From the NCBI GenBank assembly GCA_965222155.1, contig CBDCTH010000012.1, positions 1,120,001 to 1,184,000 of the forward strand: a stretch of DNA of 64,000 nt. The letters are read 5' to 3'. The position numbers were made by a program, and so were the translations under genes. The DNA is from Gammaproteobacteria bacterium (GTDB lineage Bacteria > Pseudomonadota > Gammaproteobacteria > Eutrophobiales > Eutrophobiaceae). Below the pieces are notes generated by a model that worked only from the letters and a program-made list of their open reading frames with translations, searched no databases and was not told the origin of the DNA. This document shows positions 28,950 to 38,479 of the stretch, in pieces. Position 1 is the first letter of the stretch. The number at the start of each line of letters is the position of its first letter.

Positions 28950-29790
28950 CGAACTGTTTCCCGGGTGGATAGCAAAGGTTGACAATTGTAGCGAGATCAT
29001 TTCGCCTGTTCCTGTCAACAGGCTGGCGGCCACACTGGATGAAGCGGCGCCGGACTACAGGGAGGGTGATAAGCTGCCGCCATTATGGCATTGGATTTTT
29101 TTTATCAAACCTGTATCCCACGCCGGCCTGGGCAAGGACGGTCATCCGAAACGGGGCGGTTTCCTTCCTCCCGTGCCGTTACCCCGGCGCCTGTTTGCCG
29201 GGATGAAGACAGACTTCCTGCATCCGCTCATTATCGGCCATGCAGCCGAGCGTGAGTCAGAGGTCACTGACATAAAAGAAAAAACAGGCGCATCCGGACC
29301 TTTGTTCTTCGTCAAGGTGCAGTCGAGGATCAGGCAAAAGGGACGGTTGTGTATTATTGATGAGCAGGAAATTGTCTACCGGGAAATGAGCGCGCCCATG
29401 ACAATACCGGAAGCAAAACTCTTACCGGAGCCACCGGCAAACAGTTGGACGCAGGAAATGATCGTGGATGCGGCCATGTTGTTTCGTTTTTCGGCGGTGA
29501 CCTTTAACGGACATAAGATCCATTATGACAGAACTTACGCCGCGACAGAGGAAGGCTATCCCGCCCTCGTCGTACACGCCCCCCTGGTAGCCATGCTGCT
29601 ATTGCAACTGCTGAGGAGAAACACCGATAAAACACTCAGCAGGTTTGAGTACCGCGCCAAAGCGCCGCTGTTTGACGGCCAGGCTTTTCAGTTGTCGGCT
29701 GTTACGGAGGGAACCGATACCGTCAATATGCAGGTATTACGCGCAGATGGAAAAATTGCAGCCCAGGCAAGGTGTGTCACGTCCAAATGA
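28936..29790 (+). CDS. Mesaconyl-C4-CoA/itaconyl-CoA hydratase-like double hot-dog dehydratase
   Basis: LPPLWHWIFF, GKDGHPKRGGFLPPVPLPRRLFAG, LFRFSAVTFNGHKIHYD and GYPALVVHAPL. Confidence 0.8.
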   Translation: MTRFDELFPGWIAKVDNCSEIISPVPVNRLAATLDEAAPDYREGDKLPPLWHWIFFIKPVSHAGLGKDGHPKRGGFLPPVPLPRRLFAGMKTDFLHPLIIGHAAERESEVTDIKEKTGASGPLFFVKVQSRIRQKGRLCIIDEQEIVYREMSAPMTIPEAKLLPEPPANSWTQEMIVDAAMLFRFSAVTFNGHKIHYDRTYAATEEGYPALVVHAPLVAMLLLQLLRRNTDKTLSRFEYRAKAPLFDGQAFQLSAVTEGTDTVNMQVLRADGKIAAQARCVTSK

Positions 29791-29799
29791 AATAAAGCC

Positions 29800-29836
29800 A
29801 CAGAAGGGGACGGATTTGAAATCCGTCCCCTTCTGT
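29800..29836. terminator. Perfect hairpin (REP-like or terminator)
   Basis: ACAGAAGGGGACGGATTT-G-AAATCCGTCCCCTTCTGT, 10 nt after the hydratase stop; no strong U-tract. Confidence 0.55.
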
Positions 29837-29897
29837 CTTGTAAGAATCACTGTATTGACCTCGATTTAGCGGGAGCACCTGCCTACTCTTAGACATT

Positions 29898-30161
29898 ATG
29901 CCGACGGTCTGGATCCCAACAGCTATGCAGACGTATACCGGCGGCAAGGAAATCGTCGAGATGGAAGGTCGTAACGTGAGGAGACTGATCGCCGCCCTGG
30001 ACGATACCTACCCCGGATTAAAGGATGCACTCATGGAAGGTGACAGACTCAAACCTGGCATCGCGGTTGCCGTTAACGGGCAAATCAGCCACTTGGGGGC
30101 ACTGCAACCCCTGGAAGAAAACAATGAGGTCTTTTTCGTCCCTGCTATCGGCGGAGGGTAG
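29898..30161 (+). CDS. MoaD/ThiS-family ubiquitin-like sulfur carrier
   Basis: 87 aa with AVNG and a C-terminal PAIGGG diglycine. Confidence 0.85.
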   Translation: MPTVWIPTAMQTYTGGKEIVEMEGRNVRRLIAALDDTYPGLKDALMEGDRLKPGIAVAVNGQISHLGALQPLEENNEVFFVPAIGGG

Positions 30162-30191
30162 TATAAACCGCCCTACCTGTCATTCCTGCAC

Positions 30192-31862
30192 AGGCTGCAC
30201 TCCCGTCATACTGGCGAATGCCAGTATCCAGTCCATAAATTATCCCTTATAAATAAGGAAGGTTTGTTTACTGGATTCCGGCCTGCGCCGGAATGACAGG
30301 TGTTCCGGTGTTAAAGTCACCCGGTAGATCGCACCCTTATCATCCGAGATCAGGAGGCTGCACTCCCGTCATACTGGCGAATGCCAGGTCCATAAATTAT
30401 CCCTTATAAATAAGGAGGGTTTGTTTACTGGATTCCGGCCTGCGCCGGAATGACAGGTGTTCCGGTGTTATTCCCCCTGGTAAGTCACCCGGTAGATCGC
30501 ACCTCACCTTATCATCCGAGATCAGGAGGCTGCACTCCCGTCATACTGGCGAATGCCAGTATCCAGTCCATAAAGTATCCCTTATAAATAAGGAAGGTTT
30601 GTTTACTGGATTCCGGCCTGCGCCGGAATGACAGGTGTTCCGGTGTTATTCCCCCTGGTAAGTCACCCGGTAGATCGCACCTGACCTTATCATCCGAGAT
30701 CAGGAGGCTGCACTCCCGTCATACTGGCGAATGCCAGTATCCAGTCCGTATCCCTTATAAATAAGGAAGGTTTGTTTACTGGATTCCGGCCTGCGCCGGA
30801 ATGACAGGTGTTCCGGTGTTATTCCCCCTGGTAAGTCACCCGGTAGATCGCACCTGACCTTATCATCCGAGATCAGGAGGCTGCACTCCCGTCATACTGG
30901 CGAATGCCAGTATCCAGTCCATAAAGTATCCCTTATAAATAAGGAAGGTTTGTTTACTGGATTCCGGCCTGCGCCGGAATGACAGGTGTTTCGGTGTTAT
31001 TCCCCCTGGTAAGTCACCCGGTAGATCGCACTCACCTTATCATCCGAGATCAGGAGGCTGCACTCCCGTCATACTGGCGAATGCCAGTATCCAGTCATAA
31101 ATTATCCCTTATAAATAAGGAGGGTTTGTTTACTGGATTCCGGCCTGCGCCGGAATGACAGGTGTTCCGGTGTTATTCCCCCTGGTAAGTCACCCGGTAG
31201 ATCGCACCTTATCATCCGAGATCAGGAGGCTGCCATCCCGTCATACTGGCGAATGCCAGTATCCAGTCCATAAATTATCCCTTATAAATAAGGAAGGTTT
31301 GTTTACTGGATTCCGGCCTGCGCCGGAATGACAGGTGTTCCGGTGTTATTCCCCCTGGTAAGTCACCCGGTAGATCGCACCTTATCATCCGAGATCAGGA
31401 GGCTCATCCCGTCATACTGGCGAATGCCAGTATCCAGTCCATAAAGGCTGTTTACTGGATTCCGGCCTGCGCCGGAATGACATACTGGTGCACCCGTAAT
31501 GCCAGTATGCCATCCCGTCATACTGGCGAATGCCAGTATCCATTATCCCTTATAAATAAGGAAGGTTTGTTTACTGGATTCCGGCCTGCGCCGGAATGAC
31601 AGGTGTTCCGGTGTTATTCCCCCTGGTAAGTCACCCGGTAGATCGCACCTGACTTATCATCCGAGATCAGGAGGCTGCACTCCCGTCATACTGGCGAATG
31701 CCAGTATCCAGTCCATAAATTATCCCCTTATAAATAAGGAGGGTTTGTTTACTGGATTCCGGCCTGCGCCGGAATGACAGGTGTTCCGGTGTTATTCCCC
31801 CTGGTAAGTCACCCGGTAGATCGCACCTGACTTATCATCCGAGATCAGGAGGCTGCCATCCC
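30192..31862. repeat. Tandem array of ~10 units of ~163-178 bp (palindromic element + 3' end of the PQQ dehydrogenase gene)
   Basis: Unit starts (AGGCT..) at 30192, 30355, 30527, 30705, 30878, 31055, 31227, 31400, ~31510 (garbled) and 31672; the last junction motif at 31850 lies inside the intact gene. Confidence 0.92.
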
Positions 31863-32871
31863 GGGATACCAGTACATCGTTGGGGCGTCCCGATACCTCG
31901 TCGTCCTTCAGCCACAGGTTCAGGAACGGTTCATACACCGGCCCGGCTTCGCCGAAGCGCACGACACTGACGCGATAACCCACCTTGGAGGAGCGGTTCC
32001 AGGAACCATGCTCAGCGATAAACAGCGCGTTTCGATAGGACGCAGGGAACTGATCACCGGTGTAAAAGGTCAGCCCCAACGCCGCGGAGTGGGCCTGAAT
32101 CCTGATTTCGGGAGATACGTAGTCCGCCGGGTCGCGTCCTTCACCGAACCGGGGGTCCGGGATGTCACCGGCATGAACATAGGGATAGCCATAGTGGGCG
32201 CCCGGCCTGACGACGCGATTGATCTCCTCGGCGGGCACATCATCCCCCAGCATGTCACGCCCGTTGTCGGAGAACCAGAGTTCGCCGGTGTCCGGATGCC
32301 AGGCCATGCCAACCGAATTTCTGACCCCTGCCGCATAGATCGTCGTCTCACCGCTCACCGGGTCCATCCGCAATATGCTGGCAAACCGCGGGTCGTCGGA
32401 TTCGCAGATATTGCAGGGCGCGCCTACGGGAACGTAAAGAAATCCATCAGAACCCACGGACAGATATTTCCAGCCATGGTGACGCTTGTCAGGCAGACTG
32501 TCAGTCACTATCTCCGGTTGCGGATTGTCCCGAAAGGTGGTCTCGATAGCGCGATAACGAAGCACCCGGTCCAGGGCGCCCACGTACAGGTCTTCACCGA
32601 CCAGGGCCAACCCACTCGGCAAGGTAAGTCCACTCGCAAAAGTGACCACCTCGGCCTTGCCTTCCCGGTCAGGTATCACCGCGTACAGCTTACCGGGACG
32701 CAGCGTTCCCACCAATAACAGGCCGGATTCCGTTTCCGCCATCTGTCTTACCCCCGGCACTTCATCGGTAAGCACGGAAAGCTGAAAATTCCTAGCGGTT
32801 TCAGCCAGCGCAGTGGAAGCAAACAACAGCAGTAAAAATGTCAGCCTCTTCATGATGATAGTATTCGACAA
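31792..32871 (-). CDS. PQQ-dependent sugar/sorbosone dehydrogenase family protein
   Basis: Signal peptide; HHGWK..G.DG.LYVPVGAPCNIC, GVRNSVG, DNGRD, AHSAALG, AEHGSWNR and GRPNDV..DGSLLISDD. Confidence 0.9.
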   Translation of the reverse strand: MSNTIIMKRLTFLLLLFASTALAETARNFQLSVLTDEVPGVRQMAETESGLLLVGTLRPGKLYAVIPDREGKAEVVTFASGLTLPSGLALVGEDLYVGALDRVLRYRAIETTFRDNPQPEIVTDSLPDKRHHGWKYLSVGSDGFLYVPVGAPCNICESDDPRFASILRMDPVSGETTIYAAGVRNSVGMAWHPDTGELWFSDNGRDMLGDDVPAEEINRVVRPGAHYGYPYVHAGDIPDPRFGEGRDPADYVSPEIRIQAHSAALGLTFYTGDQFPASYRNALFIAEHGSWNRSSKVGYRVSVVRFGEAGPVYEPFLNLWLKDDEVSGRPNDVLVSRDGSLLISDDKSGAIYRVTYQGE

Positions 32872-32914
32872 ATGGAAACGAACCTCAAGTAATGCGGAAG
32901 CCGCTGGCCCGTAA

Positions 32915-33143
32915 GTAAAACGAAGTCCGAACTACATACGCCAGGAGGAAATTCTCGACTCGGCTGAGATTATCTATGCGGCGAGATGCTTCATATCTGC
33001 TCGACATACTTGTTGCGGCGCGCAAGGCCATGATCTTTGCGGCGGATCTTACATTTGCGCACTTCGAGCAGAACTGCGACGCGAAGATCGCCTCTGCGTC
33101 GCCACCGTTTCATATCTCAAGCCCGGTCCGGGCCAACTATTGA
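32915..33143 (+). pseudogene. Remnant of an MNT-HEPN (nucleotidyltransferase/DUF86) toxin-antitoxin pair
   Basis: One frame reads VKRSPNYIRQEEILDSAEIIYAA (MNT-like C-terminus), overlapping ATG 32976 MRRDASYLLDILVAARKAMIFAADLTFAHFEQN (DUF86-like N-terminus); both are truncated and absent from the ORF track. Confidence 0.65.
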
Positions 33144-33191
33144 ATAGCGAAGATATTGTCTTCCACGGACAACCAGTTTCTCTGATGCCTT

Positions 33192-33602
33192 CTATTCTCG
33201 TATACAGGTTTGCACATATCGCATGAACACGTCACGTGGGGACATCACCAGGAACATGTTCGCCATTTTCTGGTCGTGAATACCGTAATGAAACAGTTCC
33301 ACCTCACTGATTCCATAGGTGTAAACGTTGTTATACGACTTAAAATAGGCACTCACTTCATGGTTGCAATTGTTTTTTACGTTGTAGCCAACCGTTCTAC
33401 CGACTTCGAAGGTAGGGAAAGTGCGGGAATCGTAGGGAGCATGCTCTACGCTGAAGCATTGTGGCAGAGGCTCGAACCGAGCACACTCCCCAGCCGTGAC
33501 ACGCTCCGGTGTCAAAGCCAAGGCGAGTACTCCCAAGGCCAGGGTACAGAATCTCCTCGTGTGAAGTCCAGGAAAGCAACTGGGAATGCAACGAATATTC
33601 AT
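33192..33602 (-). CDS. Hypothetical, possibly secreted Cys-containing protein
   Basis: Hydrophobic segment TLALGVLALAL followed by a Cys-containing domain; no family recognised. Confidence 0.35.
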   Translation of the reverse strand: MNIRCIPSCFPGLHTRRFCTLALGVLALALTPERVTAGECARFEPLPQCFSVEHAPYDSRTFPTFEVGRTVGYNVKNNCNHEVSAYFKSYNNVYTYGISEVELFHYGIHDQKMANMFLVMSPRDVFMRYVQTCIRE

Positions 33603-33949
33603 AAATTCACCCTTTTATCCGATGTTGCCCTGAGCGTCTCGAAGTTCGGATATTACTTCAAGCACTTGGTCAAAAAGACGGTACAATAACCTCTACATTC
33701 GGTATGCACCGGTCAGTATTGTCTGTCGCAATACCTTTTATCCCGACCTTACCCAAGGGGATTCTCACGGCCACGCGCAGGCCACGCCGTCTCGGCTGAC
33801 GTTTTCCCAGCCTGGTCCCGGCGTATATCTTCATCCTGGTGTTGCAGAATCCGATGCCCATGGATAGGCCCGCCCTGATCCGCCTCAGGCAGAATCGACA
33901 GCAGTAATACTCCTTCTGCGCGGTAATGTCAAGATTAATGGTACGGTCA

Positions 33950-35577
33950 CAGCCGTTCCCGCTAACTCTAGCAACTGGTTGCATTATCGGGCCATATGCG
34001 TTTTTTTCACACTGCCCCGACCGTCAGGGGATGCGCGGCCCTCCGGCTATCCCCGGTTATGTTGCTTTGGCTTGGCTTCCCCTGAAGTCCCCCGCCTTGA
34101 ACACCTCGACCCCGGCCCACCCTCAAGAGGTATCATACGGCACCACCACCGTAGGCGATACACCGTAGGCCAGGGCCCGATACAGCGTCTCCCAGTCCGG
34201 CAACAGCCAGGTGGAGAAGACGCTGCGTAGTGTCTCCCAGACGTCACGCTTGCAGCCCTGCTTCACCAACCCCTGTTGAAACAGCCCGCAGCAGTGCTGC
34301 TGCACCGGGTCAATCAGACACGCCAGCAGCATCAGGTACGCCAGCACCGTGGACAGGTGCTGGTAGCCGTGTTGGAGGGTATGCTCAAAGTGGTAGCCTT
34401 GGTGCTTCAGGGTATTAAATGTTTCGTTCTCAATCTTCCCACGCGCCCGCGCCCCGCGCAGCAGCCGCATCAGGTTGTCGCTGTGCAGGGGACTATCGGT
34501 CACCCAGGTAAACGTCTGTACCTTGCCCGACGGACGCTGTGCTTCGTAATCCAGGAAGTTCACCTGAAGGTCAACGTGTGACTCGTTCAAGGGCGCCCCG
34601 TTCAGATACCGAAACCGATGCACGGTGCCGTCCTGTCCCGGTATCTCCGCCGTCTGCACCCCCGGCGTGGTTGCCACCCAATCAAACAAAAACGTATGGT
34701 CACCGGGCTTCACCCCCAGGATATAGCGCAGCGTCAGCGACTGTAACAGACGAATGTGTGGCCCGTTGGATGCCAGGGCATCTTCCACGACAATCAACTT
34801 CAGGTGCGGATGTTCCCGCCGCACGTCCGTCAGCACGCGCTGCGCCGCATTGCGCTCACACTCATTCTTGCTGGTCCCGTCACCACGCATGAGCGGCGCT
34901 GGCGCCAACGGCAGCACCGCACGTTGTTCAGGATGCACCAGCACCGCCCCCAGCAACTGATGATAATAACTCACCCGCCCGTCCCGGTGATGTGTCTCAC
35001 AACACTGCTCGCAATGCACCTTGTCCGAATGAAACTACCCGGTCCCGTCCACCGACAACAGGTAGTGACCGCCCCACCAGAGAACGTCTTCCAGCAGCTT
35101 GCCCCGTTGCAGCACATGAAACACCCGCCGGCAGGCACGCCGTAACCTCGAAGGGGCCACCGTGTCCAAGCGCGCCCGCAAGGCCGTGTCCGATGGCGCC
35201 CGCCCTATCCCGTATAACGACCGCAGATTCGACTGCACCAACTCGTCCTCCCGACCCCGGTCAAACTGCAACAACGACGGGTACGTCAAGCCGAACACGG
35301 CCAACCCCGACAGCAGATAATCCGTCAGGGTCAAACCCCGACCGACCGTGTCATCGTTGATAGCTTGAAAACAACGACGCACCTCGCGTAACAAACCGGG
35401 GGCACTCAGGGTCTTGCGCAGAGAAGAACGAGACATGTTGGGTCACCTTTGACTTGAACAATGCCTGCTATTATACTGAATTAACATGAAAAGTTTACGA
35501 ACACTTTTTTCGCCCCTGCAAAAATCCCTGTATTCATAAGGATTTCAGCACGTCTCAGGCGTTAGCGGGAATTGCTG
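33950..35577 (-). mobile_element. IS element (DDE transposase, probably ISNCY ISDol1-like), frameshifted
   Basis: Imperfect 17-bp TIRs CAGCCGTTCCCGCTAAC / GTTAGCGGGAATTGCTG; 9-bp target duplication GTACGGTCA (33941-33949, 35578-35586); transposase split into 35035-35436 and 34123-35019 (VDGTG, VEDAL, KIENETFNTLK). Confidence 0.88.
34123..35436 (-). pseudogene. Frameshifted transposase of the 33950-35577 IS
   Basis: Two ORFs in different frames join at about 35030. Confidence 0.85.
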
Positions 35578-35777
35578 GTACGGTCACGCTCCAATCGGTT
35601 CGAGCAGTCGGCGACCAGGTCGCAGTAATCATCCGGTAGCAGAAGGTCTCTATCCGTTTCCGTCAGAGCATCAAAAATATCCTTGACGATTCTCGACCCG
35701 CGCTATTCCACTGTTTTAAGGCCCAGGATTATAAGGGCACGTGTCTTCTTGTATCGTGTTGAGATTGAGTTTTGTGT

Positions 35778-36065
35778 TCAGGCGGCTTGGCCGTGGTGTT
35801 CAGGGTTTGGGGGTGGCGGATCAATTCGGACTCGGAAGAACGTCTCTACGGTGGCCTTGAGCGCGGCCAATTCGGTGGCCAATCCGCCGATTTTCTCGTT
35901 CAGTTTGTCAAATCGCGTATCCAGCTGTTTGCCTTGGTCATCGCTGCGTTTGTCCAACCGCGCGCCGAGTTCCAGGATATCCGATCGTAACCAGCCAAAC
36001 AGTCCGATCAGGAGTCCAGCCAGGGTTATGCCGGTTGCAATAATGCCAATGAGTTCTGTTGTCAT
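35778..36065 (-). CDS. Small hypothetical protein, N-terminal TM + coiled coil
   Basis: IIATGITLAGLLIGLFGWL followed by a heptad-like segment. Confidence 0.6.
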   Translation of the reverse strand: MTTELIGIIATGITLAGLLIGLFGWLRSDILELGARLDKRSDDQGKQLDTRFDKLNEKIGGLATELAALKATVETFFRVRIDPPPPNPEHHGQAA

Positions 36066-36179
36066 GGTGTTAGTATAGCAGTTAGAGTGTTCGTTTTAAA
36101 GTAGAGTATTTTCCAGAAATTTGAACGCTTTAATAAGGGTGAATGAGAATGCACACTCAACGATTCACCGCCTCAAAAA

Positions 36180-36494
36180 TTAAGCCGCAATAGGCTTTGC
36201 CCTCTCAATTCGAGTGCGCCGCTTTGGCGTATTCAGCGCCTTCCACAGTTCGTTGCGTTGCTGCAGGTTCAACCAGAAATCGGCAGTGTTGCCGAAAACC
36301 GTGGCAAGCATCAATGAGGTGTCCGCCGTAATAGCGCGACGGTTGGTACACAGTTCGTTGACGGTTTTTCGACTCACACCCATCGCTTCCGCCAGCTGTC
36401 CCTGTGTCAATCCCATAGGCACGAGAAATTCCTCGGTAATCATCTCACCGACACTGACGGGTTGTCGTTTTGTGATATTCATAGCCTGCCTCAC
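36180..36494 (-). CDS. higA: HigA-family antitoxin (HTH Xre)
   Basis: GEMITEEFLVPMGLTQGQLAEAMGVSRKTVNEL..RRAITAD..FGNTADFWLNLQ. Confidence 0.92.
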   Translation of the reverse strand: MRQAMNITKRQPVSVGEMITEEFLVPMGLTQGQLAEAMGVSRKTVNELCTNRRAITADTSLMLATVFGNTADFWLNLQQRNELWKALNTPKRRTRIERAKPIAA

Positions 36495-36787
36495 CGATAA
36501 TCGTGATTATCCAGATAGACGCCCTGAGCCTCGCCACGTTCATCAGACCAAGTAAACACCAACCGCCATTGTTTGTTGATGCGGACAGAATGTTTACCTG
36601 CCAGATTTCCTTTCAACTTTTCAAAATGGTTTCCTGGTGGTGACCGCAAGTCGAGATCACAGGTTGCATCATCGATTAACTGCAGTTTTCGGAACAACCG
36701 ATCTTCGATCTCAGCGGGTATTTTCTTTCCGGCTTTATCTTCCAGATAAAAGTCCCGCAACCACCGGTCCCGAAAACTGAAAATCAA
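36491..36787 (-). CDS. higB: HigB-family (RelE/ParE) toxin
   Basis: TTG at 36787 after an AAGGAGG RBS; RKLQLID..DLRSPPGNHFEKLKG..HSVRINKQWRLVF; 4-nt overlap with higA. Confidence 0.92.
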   Translation of the reverse strand: MIFSFRDRWLRDFYLEDKAGKKIPAEIEDRLFRKLQLIDDATCDLDLRSPPGNHFEKLKGNLAGKHSVRINKQWRLVFTWSDERGEAQGVYLDNHDYR

Positions 36788-36845
36788 AAGTAACCTCCTT
36801 GAATTTGTATCACTATAACGCACCTGGTTACTTTTGGTAAGTATG

Positions 36846-38247
36846 AGTATTTTCCAATATGAAATGAGCCTGAAGGGGGTGCGTGATTCCAACATGAAAT
36901 GAGCCTGAAATAGTCTGTGTTTCCGTTCATGATAGGAGGATGAAAACGATCATGAATGCAAACGAGTTAACGAGTATTAACCAGGTACGTGCTTTTTTGT
37001 CAGGCACCCAACGGGTGGTCTTTGAGGTGGCCAGTGACAAGCAGAGCCGTTATGACTGGGTACGGCGGACACTGGTGAGGTTCAACTACCTGGGCTGTAA
37101 CAAATCGGACAAGGGGGTACTCATGGGTTACCTGATGAAGGTGAGCGGGTATTCCCTGGCCCAGGTGAAGCGGTTGATTAAGCGATACCGGGAGACCGGG
37201 AAGCTGGCGCCACGGCAACGCACGGTACGGGGGTTTGCCCGGCGCTATAGCAAGGCGGACATTCGCCTGCTGGCGGCCATGGACGAACGCCACAACACCC
37301 CCAACGGGCTGACCTTGAAGAAGCTCTGTGAGCGCGCCTATGAGGTGTTCGGCCAGGCCGAGTATGAGCGCCTGGCCGGTATCCCGGTGTCCCACCTGTA
37401 CAACCTGCGCCAATCGCAGACCTACCGGCGTCAGCGGCACACGGTGGAGAAGACCCGTCCGGTCAACCGTGACATCGGCGAACGACGTAAGCCGCAGAGT
37501 GACGGTCAGCCGGGCACTATCCGTATCGATACCGTGCACCAGGGCGATTTAGACGGGGAAAAAGGCGTCTATCATATCAATGCGGTGGATGAGGTGACCC
37601 GGTTCGAGGTCGTGGTCAGTGTCGAGCGCATCAGCGAGGTGTATCTCATCCCGGCCCTGGAACACCTGCTGGAGGTCTTTCCGTTCGTGGTCCTGGGATT
37701 CCATACCGACAACGGCTCGGAATATATCAACCACCGGGTCGCCCGGCTGCTGGAGAAACTGCGCATCGAGTTCACCAAGTCCCGCGCCCGGCACAGCAAC
37801 GACAACGCCCTGGTGGAATGCAAGAACGGCCATGTCGTGCGCAAGCTCCTCGGCCATGCCCATATCCCGCAGCGCTGGGCCGGCCTGCTCAATGCCTTCC
37901 ATCGCCAGCACCTCAACCCGTACGTCAACTATCACCGGCCCTGCCTGTTCCCGCACACCGTCACCGACAAGACCGGGAAACAACGAAAACGCTATCCCTA
38001 CCAGTCCCTGATGACCCCGTATGAGAAACTCAAATCCCTCACCGATGCAAAGACGTACTTGAAACCGGGGTTAAGCTTTGCGATACTGGACAGGATCGCT
38101 TACCAAATCAGCGACAACGCGGCGGCCGATGCCTTGCAACAGGCGCGCCGGGAACTCTTTACAACCATCCATGAACAGGAATACAAACGGGCTTGAGATC
38201 GAGTCAGAATCTCTCTCTACAGGCTCATTTTAGAATTGGAAAATACT
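36846..38247 (+). mobile_element. IS element with rve integrase-type transposase (ISNCY/IS481-like)
   Basis: TIRs AGTATTTTCCAATATGAAATGAGCCTG / CAGGCTCATTTTAGAATTGGAAAATACT; 5-bp target duplication GTATG (36841-36845, 38248-38252); subterminal repeat ATGAAATGAGCCTGAA. Confidence 0.88.
36940..38196 (+). CDS. Integrase-core DDE transposase
   Basis: IRIDTVH, FHTDNGSEY and NDNALVECKN catalytic motifs; intact 418-aa ORF. Confidence 0.9.
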   Translation: MKTIMNANELTSINQVRAFLSGTQRVVFEVASDKQSRYDWVRRTLVRFNYLGCNKSDKGVLMGYLMKVSGYSLAQVKRLIKRYRETGKLAPRQRTVRGFARRYSKADIRLLAAMDERHNTPNGLTLKKLCERAYEVFGQAEYERLAGIPVSHLYNLRQSQTYRRQRHTVEKTRPVNRDIGERRKPQSDGQPGTIRIDTVHQGDLDGEKGVYHINAVDEVTRFEVVVSVERISEVYLIPALEHLLEVFPFVVLGFHTDNGSEYINHRVARLLEKLRIEFTKSRARHSNDNALVECKNGHVVRKLLGHAHIPQRWAGLLNAFHRQHLNPYVNYHRPCLFPHTVTDKTGKQRKRYPYQSLMTPYEKLKSLTDAKTYLKPGLSFAILDRIAYQISDNAAADALQQARRELFTTIHEQEYKRA

Positions 38248-38306
38248 GTATGAGTATGTGTTAGTAACTGTGTTAGGAACACATAAACTATCCGCATCTG
38301 TACACA

Positions 38307-38404
38307 TAGATGGTATGGACACCGCCCTCTCTTAATCGGCAATGATGTGCCAGGATAATGGTTCCATCAACCAACACGAGGGCGGCATCCATGAAAGATA
38401 TTAA
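38307..38404 (+). mobile_element. Left-end remnant of an IS1111-like (IS110 family) element
   Basis: TAGATGGT-ATGGACACCGCCCTC with an inverted copy GAGGGCGGCATCCAT overlapping ATG AAA GAT ATT AAG (MKDIK), cut off by the IS5 end. Confidence 0.5.
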
Positions 38405-38479
38405 GGGAACCTCTATTTATTCGGCCCATGATATAATATCGGCGACTGATTTCAACACTCACGTTGGTATGGAGACGCT

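Noticed and set aside
30192-31862. CRISPR array
   Set aside because: Units are ~175 bp with no unique spacers, include a gene 3' end, and no cas genes are present.
36105-36116. GAGTATTTTCCA resembling the TIR of the 36846 IS, suggesting higBA is IS cargo
   Set aside because: Only 12 bp, in direct orientation, with no target duplication; may be chance.
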